DNA of 64,000 nt from Epithemia pelagica (GCA_946965045.2 OX337239.1:558001-622000); one strand, 5' to 3'. Shown: positions 9,311-21,452, numbered from the stretch's first letter. The notes: a model not told the origin generated them from the sequence alone. A program made the numbers and translations.

Positions 9311-12300
9311 ATGGATCCTCAATCACCCAAGACACCTACGACTCCTAAGGGAGAAGATAACCAAGACAATGTCTCGGACACAGACCTATTCGACCACATC
9401 ATATTTACTGTCTGCCAATTCTTCACCAAAGAAAGGGCCGACTACTTAATGAAGTGGATGAAATACCATGGTTTTGAGAACATTACCCATGTTATCTCGT
9501 ATATGCAAACTAATACCGAGGAATCCATGAAGGAACTGACACAATACAAGGTCAACAAACAGACACATGATCTACAAGGCCCCACAAGACAGCAGATCAA
9601 GCTCTTGGCTTATTGGGCCACATACAAGACCAATGAAATTCAAGACGAGCTATCCAATAGCGACTGGATGAACCTAACGAGGAAAGAGTTCAACACTTGG
9701 AGGATCAACACAGATTTCTCTAAGGGACCACCTAGCCAAGTCCCAGTCTCGCCAATGAAGTCACCGTCATCTGTGAAATCTGTCAGCACAGTTACTGCCG
9801 CATCCCAATCTCAACAAGACCTTACAGCATTCAGAAAGGGAACTAAGCGCGACGCAACTGCATATGAGGTATTCAAGGATGAACGATACTACGATTCATT
9901 CTGGCGTGTATTCAAGACTACAGCTAAGGCTCAAGGCCTATCCAACGTTCTGAATTTCAAATACACACCACCCCATGATGATGAGTATGCCGAAGAACTT
10001 TTTCAAGAGCAACAAGTATTTCTTTACTCCGTTCTTGTCCGTATCATTCAGACTGACCAAGGTCGAGCCTATGTACGTGAACATGAACATGATGAAGATG
10101 CGCGTGCCGTATTGCAGAAGTTACACTCTTTGCATACCGAATCCGACCTAGCAAAGCGAGAAGTCCTCCGCTTAACCAACTACATTTCCAATCTACGTCT
10201 TGACGACACATGGCGCGGAACAACACGTCAATTTCTTCTACACTTTCAAGAGCAGCTACGTTTGCTAGACAATTTAGTGACATTGTCTGATCGCATCCCT
10301 GATCATACCAGGATGACCTTCCTCATGCAAGCTGTAGAAAAGGTACCTGATCTCCGCCGAGTCAAGATCTTGGATAATGTGGTGAACACCAAATCCGGTG
10401 CAAAATCCCTTTGCTATCAATCATACTTCCGTCTCCTTCTAGACGCAGCTTATGACCATGATCAAGCAACCCAGTCATCTGTTCATAATCGCCGTCGACA
10501 TGTCAAACAACATGAATCACTATATGGCCAAGATACAGATGCTGACATAACCTCACAAGAGGATATGGAGTATCATGTCCACAACACCAAAGCGACATCT
10601 GAATCTCCATCCGCTTCGTCCAAGGTTAGTCTACCGCGTGACCTATGGTTCAAACTTTCTGAAGAAGATCGCAAGTTGATCATTGAGTATAACAAGATGA
10701 TTCAAGCACCTTCATCAACAACACCGAGGACAGTGCAAACACATGCCCTCGACATTGATCCGGAACCTGATCCTGACCCCAACCAAGTTGCATCTGATGA
10801 CGACTCACCTGGCGTAGTCCCTGAGCATTCAGATGATTCAGATCCGGTTACACAATTTATCAACCAAGCCATGACGACTGATATCAATCACCCGGCAACT
10901 GACCTGACTAGTGTTCTTTCTAACGCAGGACATGTTCCACGCTATCTGTTTTCCAGGAAATCTACTTTACCAGGGAATCAATTGATTGACCGCGGTGCTA
11001 ATGGAGGACTTGCTGGTTCTGACATGCGCATCCTTTCTAAGACTGGCCGCCATATCACTATTGTGGGTATTGATAACCATGAACTTACTGGACTTCCTGT
11101 CGTCACATGTGCCACAAAGTTTGAGACCAATGATGGACCTATTGTCGGCATCTTCAATGAATATGCTTATTATGGGAAGGGCTTATCTATCCATGCTCCT
11201 GGTCAATTCGAGCATTTCGGACTTGCTGTTGATGAACGATCTGTTAAAGTTGATGGTAAACAACGCATCACTACACTTGATGGTCGTGCCATACCCCTTC
11301 ACATCAAGGATGGGTTAGCCTACATCCACTCCTTGGGTATCCCCAGCGACGATGACATGGATACCTTACCTCAGATCATCTTCACGTCACCCGACACATG
11401 GGATCCTGGTGTTCTGGACCATTCGTATTCTCCCACACTCTCTGACAATGATCCTGATTGGAAACACGTCAAGACTGATGGTAGTTTGTCAAACCATCCA
11501 TATGACAACTATGGGGAGTACACTGATCGTGTTGTCTGTAACCTCAATCTCCTTTTGGATCTCCCATACGATCATGGACCTGACGACGCACCCTTCTTTT
11601 CTATCTATGCTGACGCCGAAGGTAATGATCCTACACTTCATGCCTCTGTCCACCGTCGTTACCAGGAAGCGTATGACTGGAAGAAGTTCCGTCCATTCTT
11701 TGGTTGGCAATCTGAAGATGTTATTGCCGATACGTTCAAGCACACTACACGTAATGGTAGCATTACTTTTGACCACGACACCCTCAAGAAACATTTCAAG
11801 GCTCGCAATCCGGTCCTTAATATACCTCGACGCCATGAACCCGTTGCTACTGACTCGGTTTTCTCCGACACCCCTGCTGTTGACCATGGCGGTAAAGTCG
11901 CACAAATCTTTGTTGGTCGAGATACTCTGGTTACTGATATCTATGGGATCAAGTCAACCAAACAGTTTGTCAATACTCTTCAGGACAACATCCGGTTTCG
12001 TGGTGCCATGGAGACTCTTATCAGTGATGGTGGTTCATCTCTCATCTCTCAAAAGGTTAAAGACATTCTTCGCACTTTGCTTATTGGGGAGTATCGATCT
12101 GAACCTTATCATCAACACCAGAATAAGGCTGAAAACCGTTACCAGACCGTTAAACGTATGACCAACGCTCTCATGAATGCCACTGGTTGCCCTGCCAACA
12201 CCTGGCTTCTTTGCCTTGAGTATGTCTGTGACTTATTGAACCATACGTCATCACCCACCCACTCCGGTCGCACTCCTCTTGAGGCTCTCTCCGGACGCCC

Positions 12301-14944
12301 ACCCGACATTACTCATCTCTTGTTCTTTCCTTTCTGGGATGAGGTTTACTACCGTGTCGACCCCGCTGAACCCACTTCCGGTTCATATCCATCTTCTTCT
12401 GATGAGAAACTTGGCCACTGGGTTGGTTTTGCTCACAACGTTGGTGATTCTTTTACTTGGAAGATTCTCACCCAGGATAACCAGATAATCTACCGTTCTG
12501 CCGTTCGCCGTGTTGCATCCACTACACCTAACCTACGTGTGGATCGACCTTCAGGGGAGGATTCGTCTGAGAAGGATGACAATGATAAGCAAGCTGACAC
12601 TGTCTTCATTCGCAGTGATAGTGAAGATCCATCCAAACCAATGCCCACGATCGATTTTGACGACATGATAGGACGCACATTCCTATGCGACACAGAAGAA
12701 AATGGGGAGCGACACCGTGCACGTGTCATCAAACGAGTCATTGATCTTAATGAAGAAGCAACGAAACAGGAAGAACGTGTCAAGTACATCTACCGAAAGA
12801 CAAATTCTGATGTTGATGAGATGATATCCTATAATCAACTCATGGAGTATATCGAACGAGATAACCAAGCTCAAACCTCTGGAGATAATCTTTTCAGGTT
12901 CAGGGACGTCATTGCCCATCAAGGCCCACTGAACACAACTGATCCAGATTACAAGGGGAGCAAATATAATTTGCTTGTTGATTGGGAAACTGGGGAGACT
13001 ACCTATGAACCTTTATCACTCATCGCCAATGATGATCCGATCACTGTAGCAATTTATGGAAAGAAACATGATTTACTCAACGAACCTGGATGGAAGCATT
13101 TGAAACGTTATGTCAAAACAAGCAAACGTCTCATTCGAGCAGCCAAACAGTCAAGGATTAAACAAGTTCACCGTTCCGTCAAGTATAAGTTTGGATTCCA
13201 AGTACCACGCAATTATGAGGAAGCTGTCGCTCTTGATAAACAACATGGCAACACAAAGTGGCAAGATGCAACAGAATTAGAATTGTCACAGATCCAGTCC
13301 TACAAGACATTCAAGGATTTTGGGAAAGCCATCTTCATTAAAGGGAAAGTATCCAATGCACCTGAAGGATATCATAAGATACGTGTACATCTTGTCTTTG
13401 ACGTAAAACATGATGGACGACATAAAGCAAGACTTGTCGCAGATGGACATCTCACAAAAGAACCTGTTGAGACAATCTATTCAGGTGTTGTTTCCATTCG
13501 CAACCTCCGCATTGCCTTATTCCTGGGTACTTTGAATGACTTGGAAATATGGGGAGCAGATATTGGAAATGCATATCTGGAAGCCTTGACAGGGGAGAAA
13601 ATTTTCATTGTCGCAGGACCTGAATTCAAGGAATTAGAAGGTCACATCCTGATTATATACAAGGCACTTTATGGATTGAAGTCATCAGGCGCACGCTGGC
13701 ATGATGTCTTATTCGATGTTTTGACAGACATGGGATTTTCACCAAGCAAAGCAGATCCGGATATCTGGATGAGGAAAGCACCTGGAGAAGACTGTTACGA
13801 ATACATTGCCGTATACGTTGATGACTTAGCCATTATTTCTACTGATCCTGGGAATATCTGCAAGATCCTGAAGGAGAAATACAACTTCAAACTCAAAGGA
13901 GATGGACCTATTGATTTCCACTTGGGATGTTGTTACACCAAGGATTCTGATGGAACATTAGTAGCAGATCCAAGACGCTACATTGGTAAGATGATGGACA
14001 CTTTCGAACGAATCTTCAAGGAGAAACCCAAGAAAGCCAAAACACCTCTTATTGGTGGAGACCATCCTGAATTGGATGATTCTGAACTCCTTGATGAAGA
14101 AGGTACTAGCCATTTCCAAACTCTGATTGGACAACTCCAATGGGTGATCACTATTGGTCGTTTCGACGTCTTCACCGCTACAATGACGCTATCACGCTTT
14201 CGTGCTGCTCCGAGGAAAGGACATCTTGATAGAGCCAAGCGTATCTATGGATACCTTGCACATCTCCCAGAAGGCGCAATCAGATTTAGGATTGGAGAGC
14301 CCGATTATTCAAGTCTTCCTACCCAAGAATTTGATTGGACTCGCACTGTCTATCCGAATGCAAGTGAACGTATTCCTGAAGACTGCCCAACACCTCTTGG
14401 CCGCTATGTTACCACAACTCATTATGTTGATGCCAATCTCATGCATGACATAGTCACTGGTAAATCCGTCACTGCTGTCCTACATTTGTTGAACGGAACA
14501 CCTATTGACTGGTACAGCAAGAGACAGAGCACGGTGGAAACTGCTACCTATGGATCCGAGTTTGTGGCTGCAAGGACAGCAATAGATCAGATTACAGAAT
14601 TACGACATTCTCTCCGCTACCTTGGAGTACCTATCCGAGAGCGAAGTTACATGTACGGAGATAACAGATCTGTTGTGCTCAATGCAACCGTACCTCATTC
14701 CATACTATCCAAGAGACACCATCTTCTGTCATACCACCGAGTTCGTGAAGCCATCGCAGCAAAGTATGTTGCATTCTACTGGAAAGATGGAAAGACCAAC
14801 CCTGCCGATATCCTTAGCAAACATTGGGATTTCGTATCTATTTGGCCCATGCTCAAGCCATTGTTGTTTTGGAAAGGAGAAGTTCAAGACCTCAACAAAT
14901 CCAATGATGACAAGGCTGAAACGACGAGTTGTGGGGAGTGTTAG
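9311..14944 (+). CDS. Gag-Pol polyprotein (1877 aa), copia domain order
   Basis: Protease IDRGANGG; integrase TDSVF/SDGG/AENRY; RT ADIGNAYL, LYGLKSSG, YVDD; RNase H YVDAN, GSEF, GDN, NPADILSK; no CCHC or HHCC zinc finger recognised. Confidence 0.96.
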   Translation: MDPQSPKTPTTPKGEDNQDNVSDTDLFDHIIFTVCQFFTKERADYLMKWMKYHGFENITHVISYMQTNTEESMKELTQYKVNKQTHDLQGPTRQQIKLLAYWATYKTNEIQDELSNSDWMNLTRKEFNTWRINTDFSKGPPSQVPVSPMKSPSSVKSVSTVTAASQSQQDLTAFRKGTKRDATAYEVFKDERYYDSFWRVFKTTAKAQGLSNVLNFKYTPPHDDEYAEELFQEQQVFLYSVLVRIIQTDQGRAYVREHEHDEDARAVLQKLHSLHTESDLAKREVLRLTNYISNLRLDDTWRGTTRQFLLHFQEQLRLLDNLVTLSDRIPDHTRMTFLMQAVEKVPDLRRVKILDNVVNTKSGAKSLCYQSYFRLLLDAAYDHDQATQSSVHNRRRHVKQHESLYGQDTDADITSQEDMEYHVHNTKATSESPSASSKVSLPRDLWFKLSEEDRKLIIEYNKMIQAPSSTTPRTVQTHALDIDPEPDPDPNQVASDDDSPGVVPEHSDDSDPVTQFINQAMTTDINHPATDLTSVLSNAGHVPRYLFSRKSTLPGNQLIDRGANGGLAGSDMRILSKTGRHITIVGIDNHELTGLPVVTCATKFETNDGPIVGIFNEYAYYGKGLSIHAPGQFEHFGLAVDERSVKVDGKQRITTLDGRAIPLHIKDGLAYIHSLGIPSDDDMDTLPQIIFTSPDTWDPGVLDHSYSPTLSDNDPDWKHVKTDGSLSNHPYDNYGEYTDRVVCNLNLLLDLPYDHGPDDAPFFSIYADAEGNDPTLHASVHRRYQEAYDWKKFRPFFGWQSEDVIADTFKHTTRNGSITFDHDTLKKHFKARNPVLNIPRRHEPVATDSVFSDTPAVDHGGKVAQIFVGRDTLVTDIYGIKSTKQFVNTLQDNIRFRGAMETLISDGGSSLISQKVKDILRTLLIGEYRSEPYHQHQNKAENRYQTVKRMTNALMNATGCPANTWLLCLEYVCDLLNHTSSPTHSGRTPLEALSGRPPDITHLLFFPFWDEVYYRVDPAEPTSGSYPSSSDEKLGHWVGFAHNVGDSFTWKILTQDNQIIYRSAVRRVASTTPNLRVDRPSGEDSSEKDDNDKQADTVFIRSDSEDPSKPMPTIDFDDMIGRTFLCDTEENGERHRARVIKRVIDLNEEATKQEERVKYIYRKTNSDVDEMISYNQLMEYIERDNQAQTSGDNLFRFRDVIAHQGPLNTTDPDYKGSKYNLLVDWETGETTYEPLSLIANDDPITVAIYGKKHDLLNEPGWKHLKRYVKTSKRLIRAAKQSRIKQVHRSVKYKFGFQVPRNYEEAVALDKQHGNTKWQDATELELSQIQSYKTFKDFGKAIFIKGKVSNAPEGYHKIRVHLVFDVKHDGRHKARLVADGHLTKEPVETIYSGVVSIRNLRIALFLGTLNDLEIWGADIGNAYLEALTGEKIFIVAGPEFKELEGHILIIYKALYGLKSSGARWHDVLFDVLTDMGFSPSKADPDIWMRKAPGEDCYEYIAVYVDDLAIISTDPGNICKILKEKYNFKLKGDGPIDFHLGCCYTKDSDGTLVADPRRYIGKMMDTFERIFKEKPKKAKTPLIGGDHPELDDSELLDEEGTSHFQTLIGQLQWVITIGRFDVFTATMTLSRFRAAPRKGHLDRAKRIYGYLAHLPEGAIRFRIGEPDYSSLPTQEFDWTRTVYPNASERIPEDCPTPLGRYVTTTHYVDANLMHDIVTGKSVTAVLHLLNGTPIDWYSKRQSTVETATYGSEFVAARTAIDQITELRHSLRYLGVPIRERSYMYGDNRSVVLNATVPHSILSKRHHLLSYHRVREAIAAKYVAFYWKDGKTNPADILSKHWDFVSIWPMLKPLLFWKGEVQDLNKSNDDKAETTSCGEC

Positions 14945-15721
14945 AATTCTCACCGTCTATGGTGGTTAGATTCTACATCTCATCGATTCCCCATGTCACA
15001 TAGCCTCGTGCTATCGCATCATGCCCTCTAGCTTCGAGCTATGTTTCCTAGCTTCGCGCTATATCGACCTATATTTCTTCGCAAATCATGAAAAGTGAGA
15101 ATAGATTGACGAACTCACTCTCAAGACTAAACTGGGTCGTGCGGTATTACAACGGACATAAATTTGGCCGTTGCTCGGACATTATACTAACGCCCTAAGC
15201 GTACGCGCCCGAAATCATCGAGCGCGCCCAAGCGACATCCGAGCGCTATCGGCATCTATCCGATCCAACGGTCTAAGTATCCCAAGCACGACACACGATC
15301 ACGCGAGACCATATTTCCATTCCCACAATCTCCAAATTGTCAACAAGCTGCGCGCCATGAAAACAACTATGCCAACCCAAAGCAAGAGCTGTTGACCCTG
15401 TATATGTTATCCGCCCACATATACATGTCATATACATCACATGAATCAACTCCAACTATTCCAAACCTGTTGCCGCCAAGAACCTATGACACATGACCCT
15501 TGGCAGGACCGAACATTTCACGTAGACCTATCGTAGTAATCAACACACAATCTAACAATATCACCATTTATCACATCCTCTTTTGTGTCCCGACTATCCT
15601 TCTGATAGACTTCGACTTGCTTGCTTCTCTGACCCTGAGAAGCTTGTATCGGTTGGTGACCTACCTGATTGTCTGCTCTACCGAGCATCAATGTCCCTAC
15701 GATTCAGAAAGAATTGTAACA
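14939..15721 (+). repeat. 3' LTR of element 2
   Basis: Direct repeat of 7392-8174; followed by TSD ATCCC. Confidence 0.96.
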
Positions 15722-16477
15722 ATCCCACGGACAGCCCTTTTCGAGAGCATATTGGAGACAGTCTAAATTGCCACTTTCGGCAGCCGAGGATGCCAAACGG
15801 GAATCCCACTCGCAGCCTTGCTCGTACGTGTACACGAGGATGTGGAAATGTCCGTGCCGGACTGCCGCCATGGCCGTATTGCACTGCAGGGACGAGCCAT
15901 TGTCGTACATGTATCGGATACAATCCAAATGTCCGTTTTTGATTACATTGATAGTAGCCTGTGAGTCCCAAGAAAGACCATGTTCATGAGCCCACTGCAA
16001 GACGCTCAAGCATCCCTGTCTCGCAGCAGCCACGCAGGCTGTGTGCTTCCATCGCCGCATTATACCGTGCTTGTCATCTTTTTGTGGCAAGACAAGCTGA
16101 TACCAATACTTGGCACAGGAGAGACTTGCAAATACGTTCTTGGCGTGTGTTTTCTTGACTCCAGGTTGAACAAACCGGCCCCTGTGTTTGAGCCGTATGG
16201 AACGACGGTCTTTGGGTCGGAGTGTCGAAAAGTAGTGCCGATACAGTTTTTGAAATTGCCGATTTACTCCCGCGACAAAAATATAATGTCCTGGGCCAAC
16301 AAAGGAGAACATATGCACCCCAAGGTTTTCGTTTTCCAACAGCTTCAAGAGCGGATTCTGAGTAGTCTCGTTGTCGTCGTTCATTGTGTTAGCCTTGCCC
16401 TGATTGGCTTGCTTTGCCCTCTTTGCGACGGGAGGGTGCAGATCCGAGCTGTTCTTGTCGTCTTCTTCCTTGGACAT
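15722..16477 (-). pseudogene. 5' part of the ankyrin-repeat gene interrupted by element 2
   Basis: First ATG at 16477 (MSKEEDDK); F-box-like FSFVGPGHYIFVAGVNRQF stretch then ankyrin-type repeats (AAESGNLDCLQYALEKGCPWD) ending at the TSD. Confidence 0.88.
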
Positions 16478-16791
16478 TTCTCTTGCTCTTTCCAAACAGA
16501 ATCTGACCCGTTGAGTGGACAAACAAAATGAAGCGTAATGATAACGTTTGCGTCAAACGACCGCCATGACCCATGACCATTGGCCGGTCACACTTGAAAG
16601 GATGACTGCATGAAAACTTCGTGCCACCACTTTCAGCGACCGACAACTCGGAACCTATTGCAGCGACTGAAATGGTCGGAAGTTGTATCCAGCGCGCATC
16701 TTTGCGGATCTTTTCAAAGAACAAATAACAGATGTTGTGTGGTTTTTCGCCTTCGTGTTGCAATCGTCGGTAAATCCATATACCACAGAAG

Positions 16792-17468
16792 ATGACCATG
16801 GACTTGCTTGCTTTGACCCACCGCTTGTTTCTTCTCCTCTGCTTTTTTCTCTCCGTTCAGTCGACCCTGTAAGTTTCATTGAGCCTTGTTACGCGTCCGT
16901 TCCCAATGATTCACTGATCTTGTCTCACTGTCGGTGTGCCACGCAAACAACAGGGGAGAAAACTTGTCGACAGGAGAGGATGCGAACGCATTCATTGACA
17001 GAAATATAAAGGACCATGACGTCATGGTGTTTGGCAAAAGTTATTGTCCGGTACGTCTCTTGATTGATTTGACAACTTTTCGACAACTAGTATAGCATGA
17101 AAACCACCATTTCGGTTGTTCTCACTTGTCCGAGAAAATCAAACCCCCTTGTGTTGTTGTCATCTTGTTGTGTGTGAATGACGATACTGTGTGCGATGCA
17201 GTTTTCCCGTGACACTCGCAAGCTTTTAGAAATGCTCCATCAAGAAATGGGCAGCAGCTGGACACTGCAAATTATCGACCTGGACACTCTGAGAACGGAT
17301 GGAAATATCATTCAAACCGCCCTGGTACAAAAGACGTATCAACGAACCTTTCCCAATATCTTTATCGGAGGAAAACATTTGGGGGGAGACTCGCATCTGC
17401 AAGAGCTCAATAATAAACGGTTGTTGGTTCCCTGGTTAGAACGGATTATTAGAGACAAACGGACCTGA
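16792..17468 (+). CDS. Glutaredoxin with N-terminal signal peptide, monothiol-type CPFS site
   Basis: Predicted exons 16792-16868, 16954-17050, 17202-17468 (GT-AG introns, frame conserved); spliced KSYCP|FS, TFPNIFIGG, GGD motifs. Confidence 0.85.
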
Positions 17469-18546
17469 CCGCCCGTTCTTCACGTCAATGCCAGAAAGTT
17501 GACCTGACAAAGGAAGCCAAATGGAGAATGTAGCTACACTTACCATAGTAGAGAAAAGCGATGATGGTTTTTCCCATTTCGGCGATAAAGACTTGAACGT
17601 GCAAACCTTGTGTGGTCCGGGGGTGTAATGCCAGGATTCCTTACATGCGGGCGGTGACGGCTGATGCAAAAACAAAACGAGAAACATGACTTCTTGAATA
17701 CAATGAATATTTCCTCTTTATCAAGCGAGTTGTCTTCATGACCGAACTCAAGACAAGAAGGGCAAAGGCTTTGACAAAGAAGTAAATCTTTTACGTTTCA
17801 AGACGTACAGTCTCTCATGGGAGAGTCGTGTTTGAAGCAAACACCGAGCCCGCATGGGATGATTCCATGGTACAAGGTACTTCTTAGAGACGGAAATGCT
17901 GTAGTCTGGTCTTGTTTTTAGTCGTTGGTTGAGGACAATGCTCCTGTAGCCAAGAAATTGTCTCTTGGTAAATGAACTGGCAAAGTGAAGAAGTTGATGA
18001 ATTGTCTCGTGGTAGATGATGCCATTCTGGGAGTGGTAGAAGTTGACGTATTTCATTCATCGAGATGACAAACAGTCTAAACTTTGTGGATCTAGAAGAG
18101 GTTCTGTGTTTTGCTTATTTTTGTGCGCCTATGATCGGTACGAACAAAAGCTTTCATCTTGTACATCCAAAATGCTATTGCGTTCAAAGACGTGCCTCTT
18201 ACGCCATGGACATGAATCAATTGGTTTTCCGTGTTCTGATCAAGAGAGAGTTTCATTGAAGAGAGGTATCTTGAGTTTCATTGTGGTGCACATACCGCTA
18301 ACCCTACCAGGTTAATCTTTGTGATGACATAGCTGTATCTTCAGTCATATTCAGGACCACGATCAAATACTTGCGCGCTTGCTCGTTCGTGTTTCACCTC
18401 TCCGTACTTCCGAGTAACTAAACTCGGGATTGCTTGCTACTTTTGCTAGCCGCCAATTTCGATAAGCAACAAAACTTTTCTGTAGAGACTCTGACAATGG
18501 AACAGGGAACGCCAATCTGTCTCATTTTCTGGGTACTTCGCAGATC

Positions 18547-19304
18547 ATGACCTGGAACGAAGCAATCAAAGAAACCAACTACGTCTTGGCTTCATCGAGT
18601 AGCAACCATGGTCACAAAGGTTCTTTGAGCACCCACAACATGCCATCGCAAACTGAAGACGCTGTATCCAAGGGACACGGTGGGACACTGGAAGTGCACC
18701 AACTTGATGCCCCTGTACTGAACCCTTCCCCAGCAACACCAGTAGCAGCAACAAGGACACCAACTGAAGGAAAACCATTGTGTTGCGATCAACGTCGCGG
18801 CTTGGTGATTCTAAACCTTGTCAATCTCATTCTTGTCCTCTGTTCTGTAACTCTCTTGTCGGTGTTGACAAAAGATGAAACCTTTCAAAATAGCAACCCA
18901 GATTATCCATTCAAAACCATGTTTTCTATACATGGCTGCAATGTAAGCACAGGAGCAGGAAGCAACCGGACAGCTTACTTGATGAAAGTCTATAACATCC
19001 AGCGACCATGTTTTCTCACACTTGCACGCCTTATATGCTATTCTTCTTGCTCCAGGTGGTTGTGGCATTGTGTGGAATATGGGGTGCTGTCCACTTTCAC
19101 AAGGGCTTCGTCATGGTTGCAGCTCTTGGCTACTTGGCCATTGGCATTGGGTCGCTGTTTGTCGTTGGTCGTGGCGGTTCGTCCCACTTTATCTATTACT
19201 TCTACTTGACTCTCTGGCACGGACGGTTTTACAGCAAGATTGAAGACGGTGTCATGACCCCGGAGAACTATCCTGCTACAGAATATTCTTGTTGTTGTGT
19301 CTAG
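18547..19304 (+). CDS. Small multi-pass membrane protein with C-terminal SCCCV
   Basis: Exons 18547-18942 and 19056-19304; CCDQRR followed by hydrophobic helices; ends ENYPATEYSCCCV. Confidence 0.7.
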
Positions 19305-19775
19305 AAAGTGGTTTCTTACCTCAGGGGTTGGTTGTTGTGTCCAAACGTACGGGGTATACATCAAAGCTTCTGTAGTCCGTGCTGGTGATACTAATATCTG
19401 GAGATAGGCGCCATTGTACATCTCTGACTGGTCTTCTCTTGTGATATGTGCCGATCGGTGGAACAAGATTGCTTCACGTAGGGTGCGAGTCAATGATGTA
19501 GGATTGAAAGCCTCACAGCTTCCTCCAATATTCTCCCAGCGACACGTGTGGTTTTCTTATATTCTCTCGACTCTCTGTTCGACTTTACTCTCGACATCAT
19601 GTTGCTGACATCCTCTTTGAAGATCCCATTTCGAATTGAACGCTACTTTTCGCCCCAACGAGTTCATGTTCTTTCGGGCGTGACGGTACGTACAGAAACA
19701 GCACCAGAAAGCTGCTCCACAGATAAAGCTGTTCTGTCGCGTCAACTGTTGTTTGCACCTCATTTTACGTTCGCG

Positions 19776-19823
19776 TGTTGGATCAATGAATTGAGCAGGT
19801 GTTGGATCAATGAATTGAGCAGG
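19776..19823. repeat. 24-bp tandem duplication
   Basis: TGTTGGATCAATGAATTGAGCAGG twice. Confidence 0.85.
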
Positions 19824-20790
19824 TGTTGGTTGCCTGGTGGGGGACCATTTCCCGTCACAAACAAGCCATTCGGATCGCGGCCTTTGGTTATCTTGTCCTT
19901 GCCTTTGGTTGGCTGTCGGTGACAGTTGAACAAGTCTCGTGGTTGCTACCATGTTTTGTAGAAACGCACTGCTAGCTGTTAAGAACGGAGGGGAGCATTG
20001 CAGAGCCGAGGAGAGCATTTTCAACCAGCGAAAGGGGCTCACCGCGCGTTCTTTGGCCAAATGCACAGCCTGAACGATCTTCCAAATGGTTTGCACAAAA
20101 GACGACCGACAAGGAACAATCTTTGCCGACTGGAATCCTTTCTTGTGTGGTGTCGTTTCTTCCAGGGCAACAGAACCGCTATGGAAGTGGTAGATGCCGC
20201 CGCCATGGCTCGCTTCCGCTGTGAAGTATTTACCATTGTCCTTCGCCGCAACCAGCATTCCTCAGAAACGAAATTTGGAGATGATGGAAAGTCAGTGAAA
20301 GGGTCCGAACTGACCATGCCCGATCCGTTTCTACGGACTTGTGTGAGGACTCGTGTCACGAGGTCCGCTATCTGCTGCTGCTGCTTTGTGTAGGTGCGGT
20401 TGGCGAGCTGCTGTTGGTACGCTGTGTGAAGTGTTTCTTTGTGAGGCGCTCCGGCTCGCAAGCAAAAAACGGCTCATCTTGCTGGGCATTGCTACTTGCA
20501 GTAACACCGGTATGTTTCATGGGTATTTCGTTCGCAAGGAGTCCCCATCATGGTGGCAATGGCTTCTTTCGTGTCATTGCTCGTCGTCAACATGTCTATG
20601 GACATGAGGGCAGAATGGAACGGGAATGGGAGCCGGGCAAGGTTCGACCCCCCGCTTCCCCGCATTCAACGAAAGCAAACTTCGTGCCGACGACTCAAGC
20701 GACCGAAACTTATTGGTCGCGGAAAATGAGGAGATTTTGGACGATCTTTTTTTTGCCATCTCGAATCTCGACGACAAAGCGAAGAGAGCC

Positions 20791-21452
20791 ATGGACTTGC
20801 TTGCTTTGATCCACCGCTTCTTTCTTCTCCATTGCTTTCTATTTGTGCATTCGACCTTGTAAGTTTCATGGAGAAGTGTTGCTGCTTAACCGTTCTCAAT
20901 GCATTCTTCTATGCTGGTGGACCGGTCTTTTCTCACCATCGCACTGTGTCCACACAAACAACAACAGGGGTGCCGAGTTGTCGACAGGAGAGGATGTGAA
21001 CGTATTTGTCGATAGTAACATTAATGAACATGACGTCATGGTTTTTGCAAAAAGTTATTGTCCGGTACGTCTCTTGATTCCTTGAAGAACTACCTACTAT
21101 AGTATATCAATAAGCCACCATTTCGGTTTTCTCTCACATGCGTATATCGTCGCCATGATGATGTACTTTCCAGTTTTGCCGTAAAACGCGCAGCCTGTTA
21201 GAAACGGTCCATCAAGAAATGGAAAGCAGCTGGACCTTGAAAATCATTGACCTCGACCGTTTGGAAACGGATGGACCTACCATTCAAACAGCCCTGGCCG
21301 ACAAGACGGGTCAACGAACCGTTCCAAATGTGTTTATTGGTGGAACACATGTGGGTGGAAACTCGGACTTGCAAGAACTGAATGAAAATGGAGAATTGAT
21401 TCCCTGGTTGGAAAAGATTGCTTCGGAGAAACCTGTGCATGATGAGATGTAG
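20791..21452 (+). CDS. Glutaredoxin with N-terminal signal peptide, dithiol CPFC site
   Basis: Predicted exons 20791-20858, 20968-21064, 21174-21452; same intron positions as the 16792 paralogue; KSYCP|[14 protein letters not shown]. Confidence 0.87.

Larger units (their letters stand above)
7392..15721 (+). mobile_element. Autonomous Ty1/copia (CoDi-like) LTR retrotransposon, element 2
   Basis: 783-bp LTRs at 7392-8174 and 14939-15721 with TGTTA...TAACA ends; TSD ATCCC at 7387-7391 and 15722-15726; PBS 8175-8188; PPT GTGGGGAG at 14931-14938; intact PR-IN-RT-RH polyprotein. Confidence 0.97.

Noticed and set aside
19557-20461. Overlapping 233-aa and 140-aa minus-strand ORFs
   Set aside because: No recognisable motifs, frames do not join cleanly, likely decayed or non-coding
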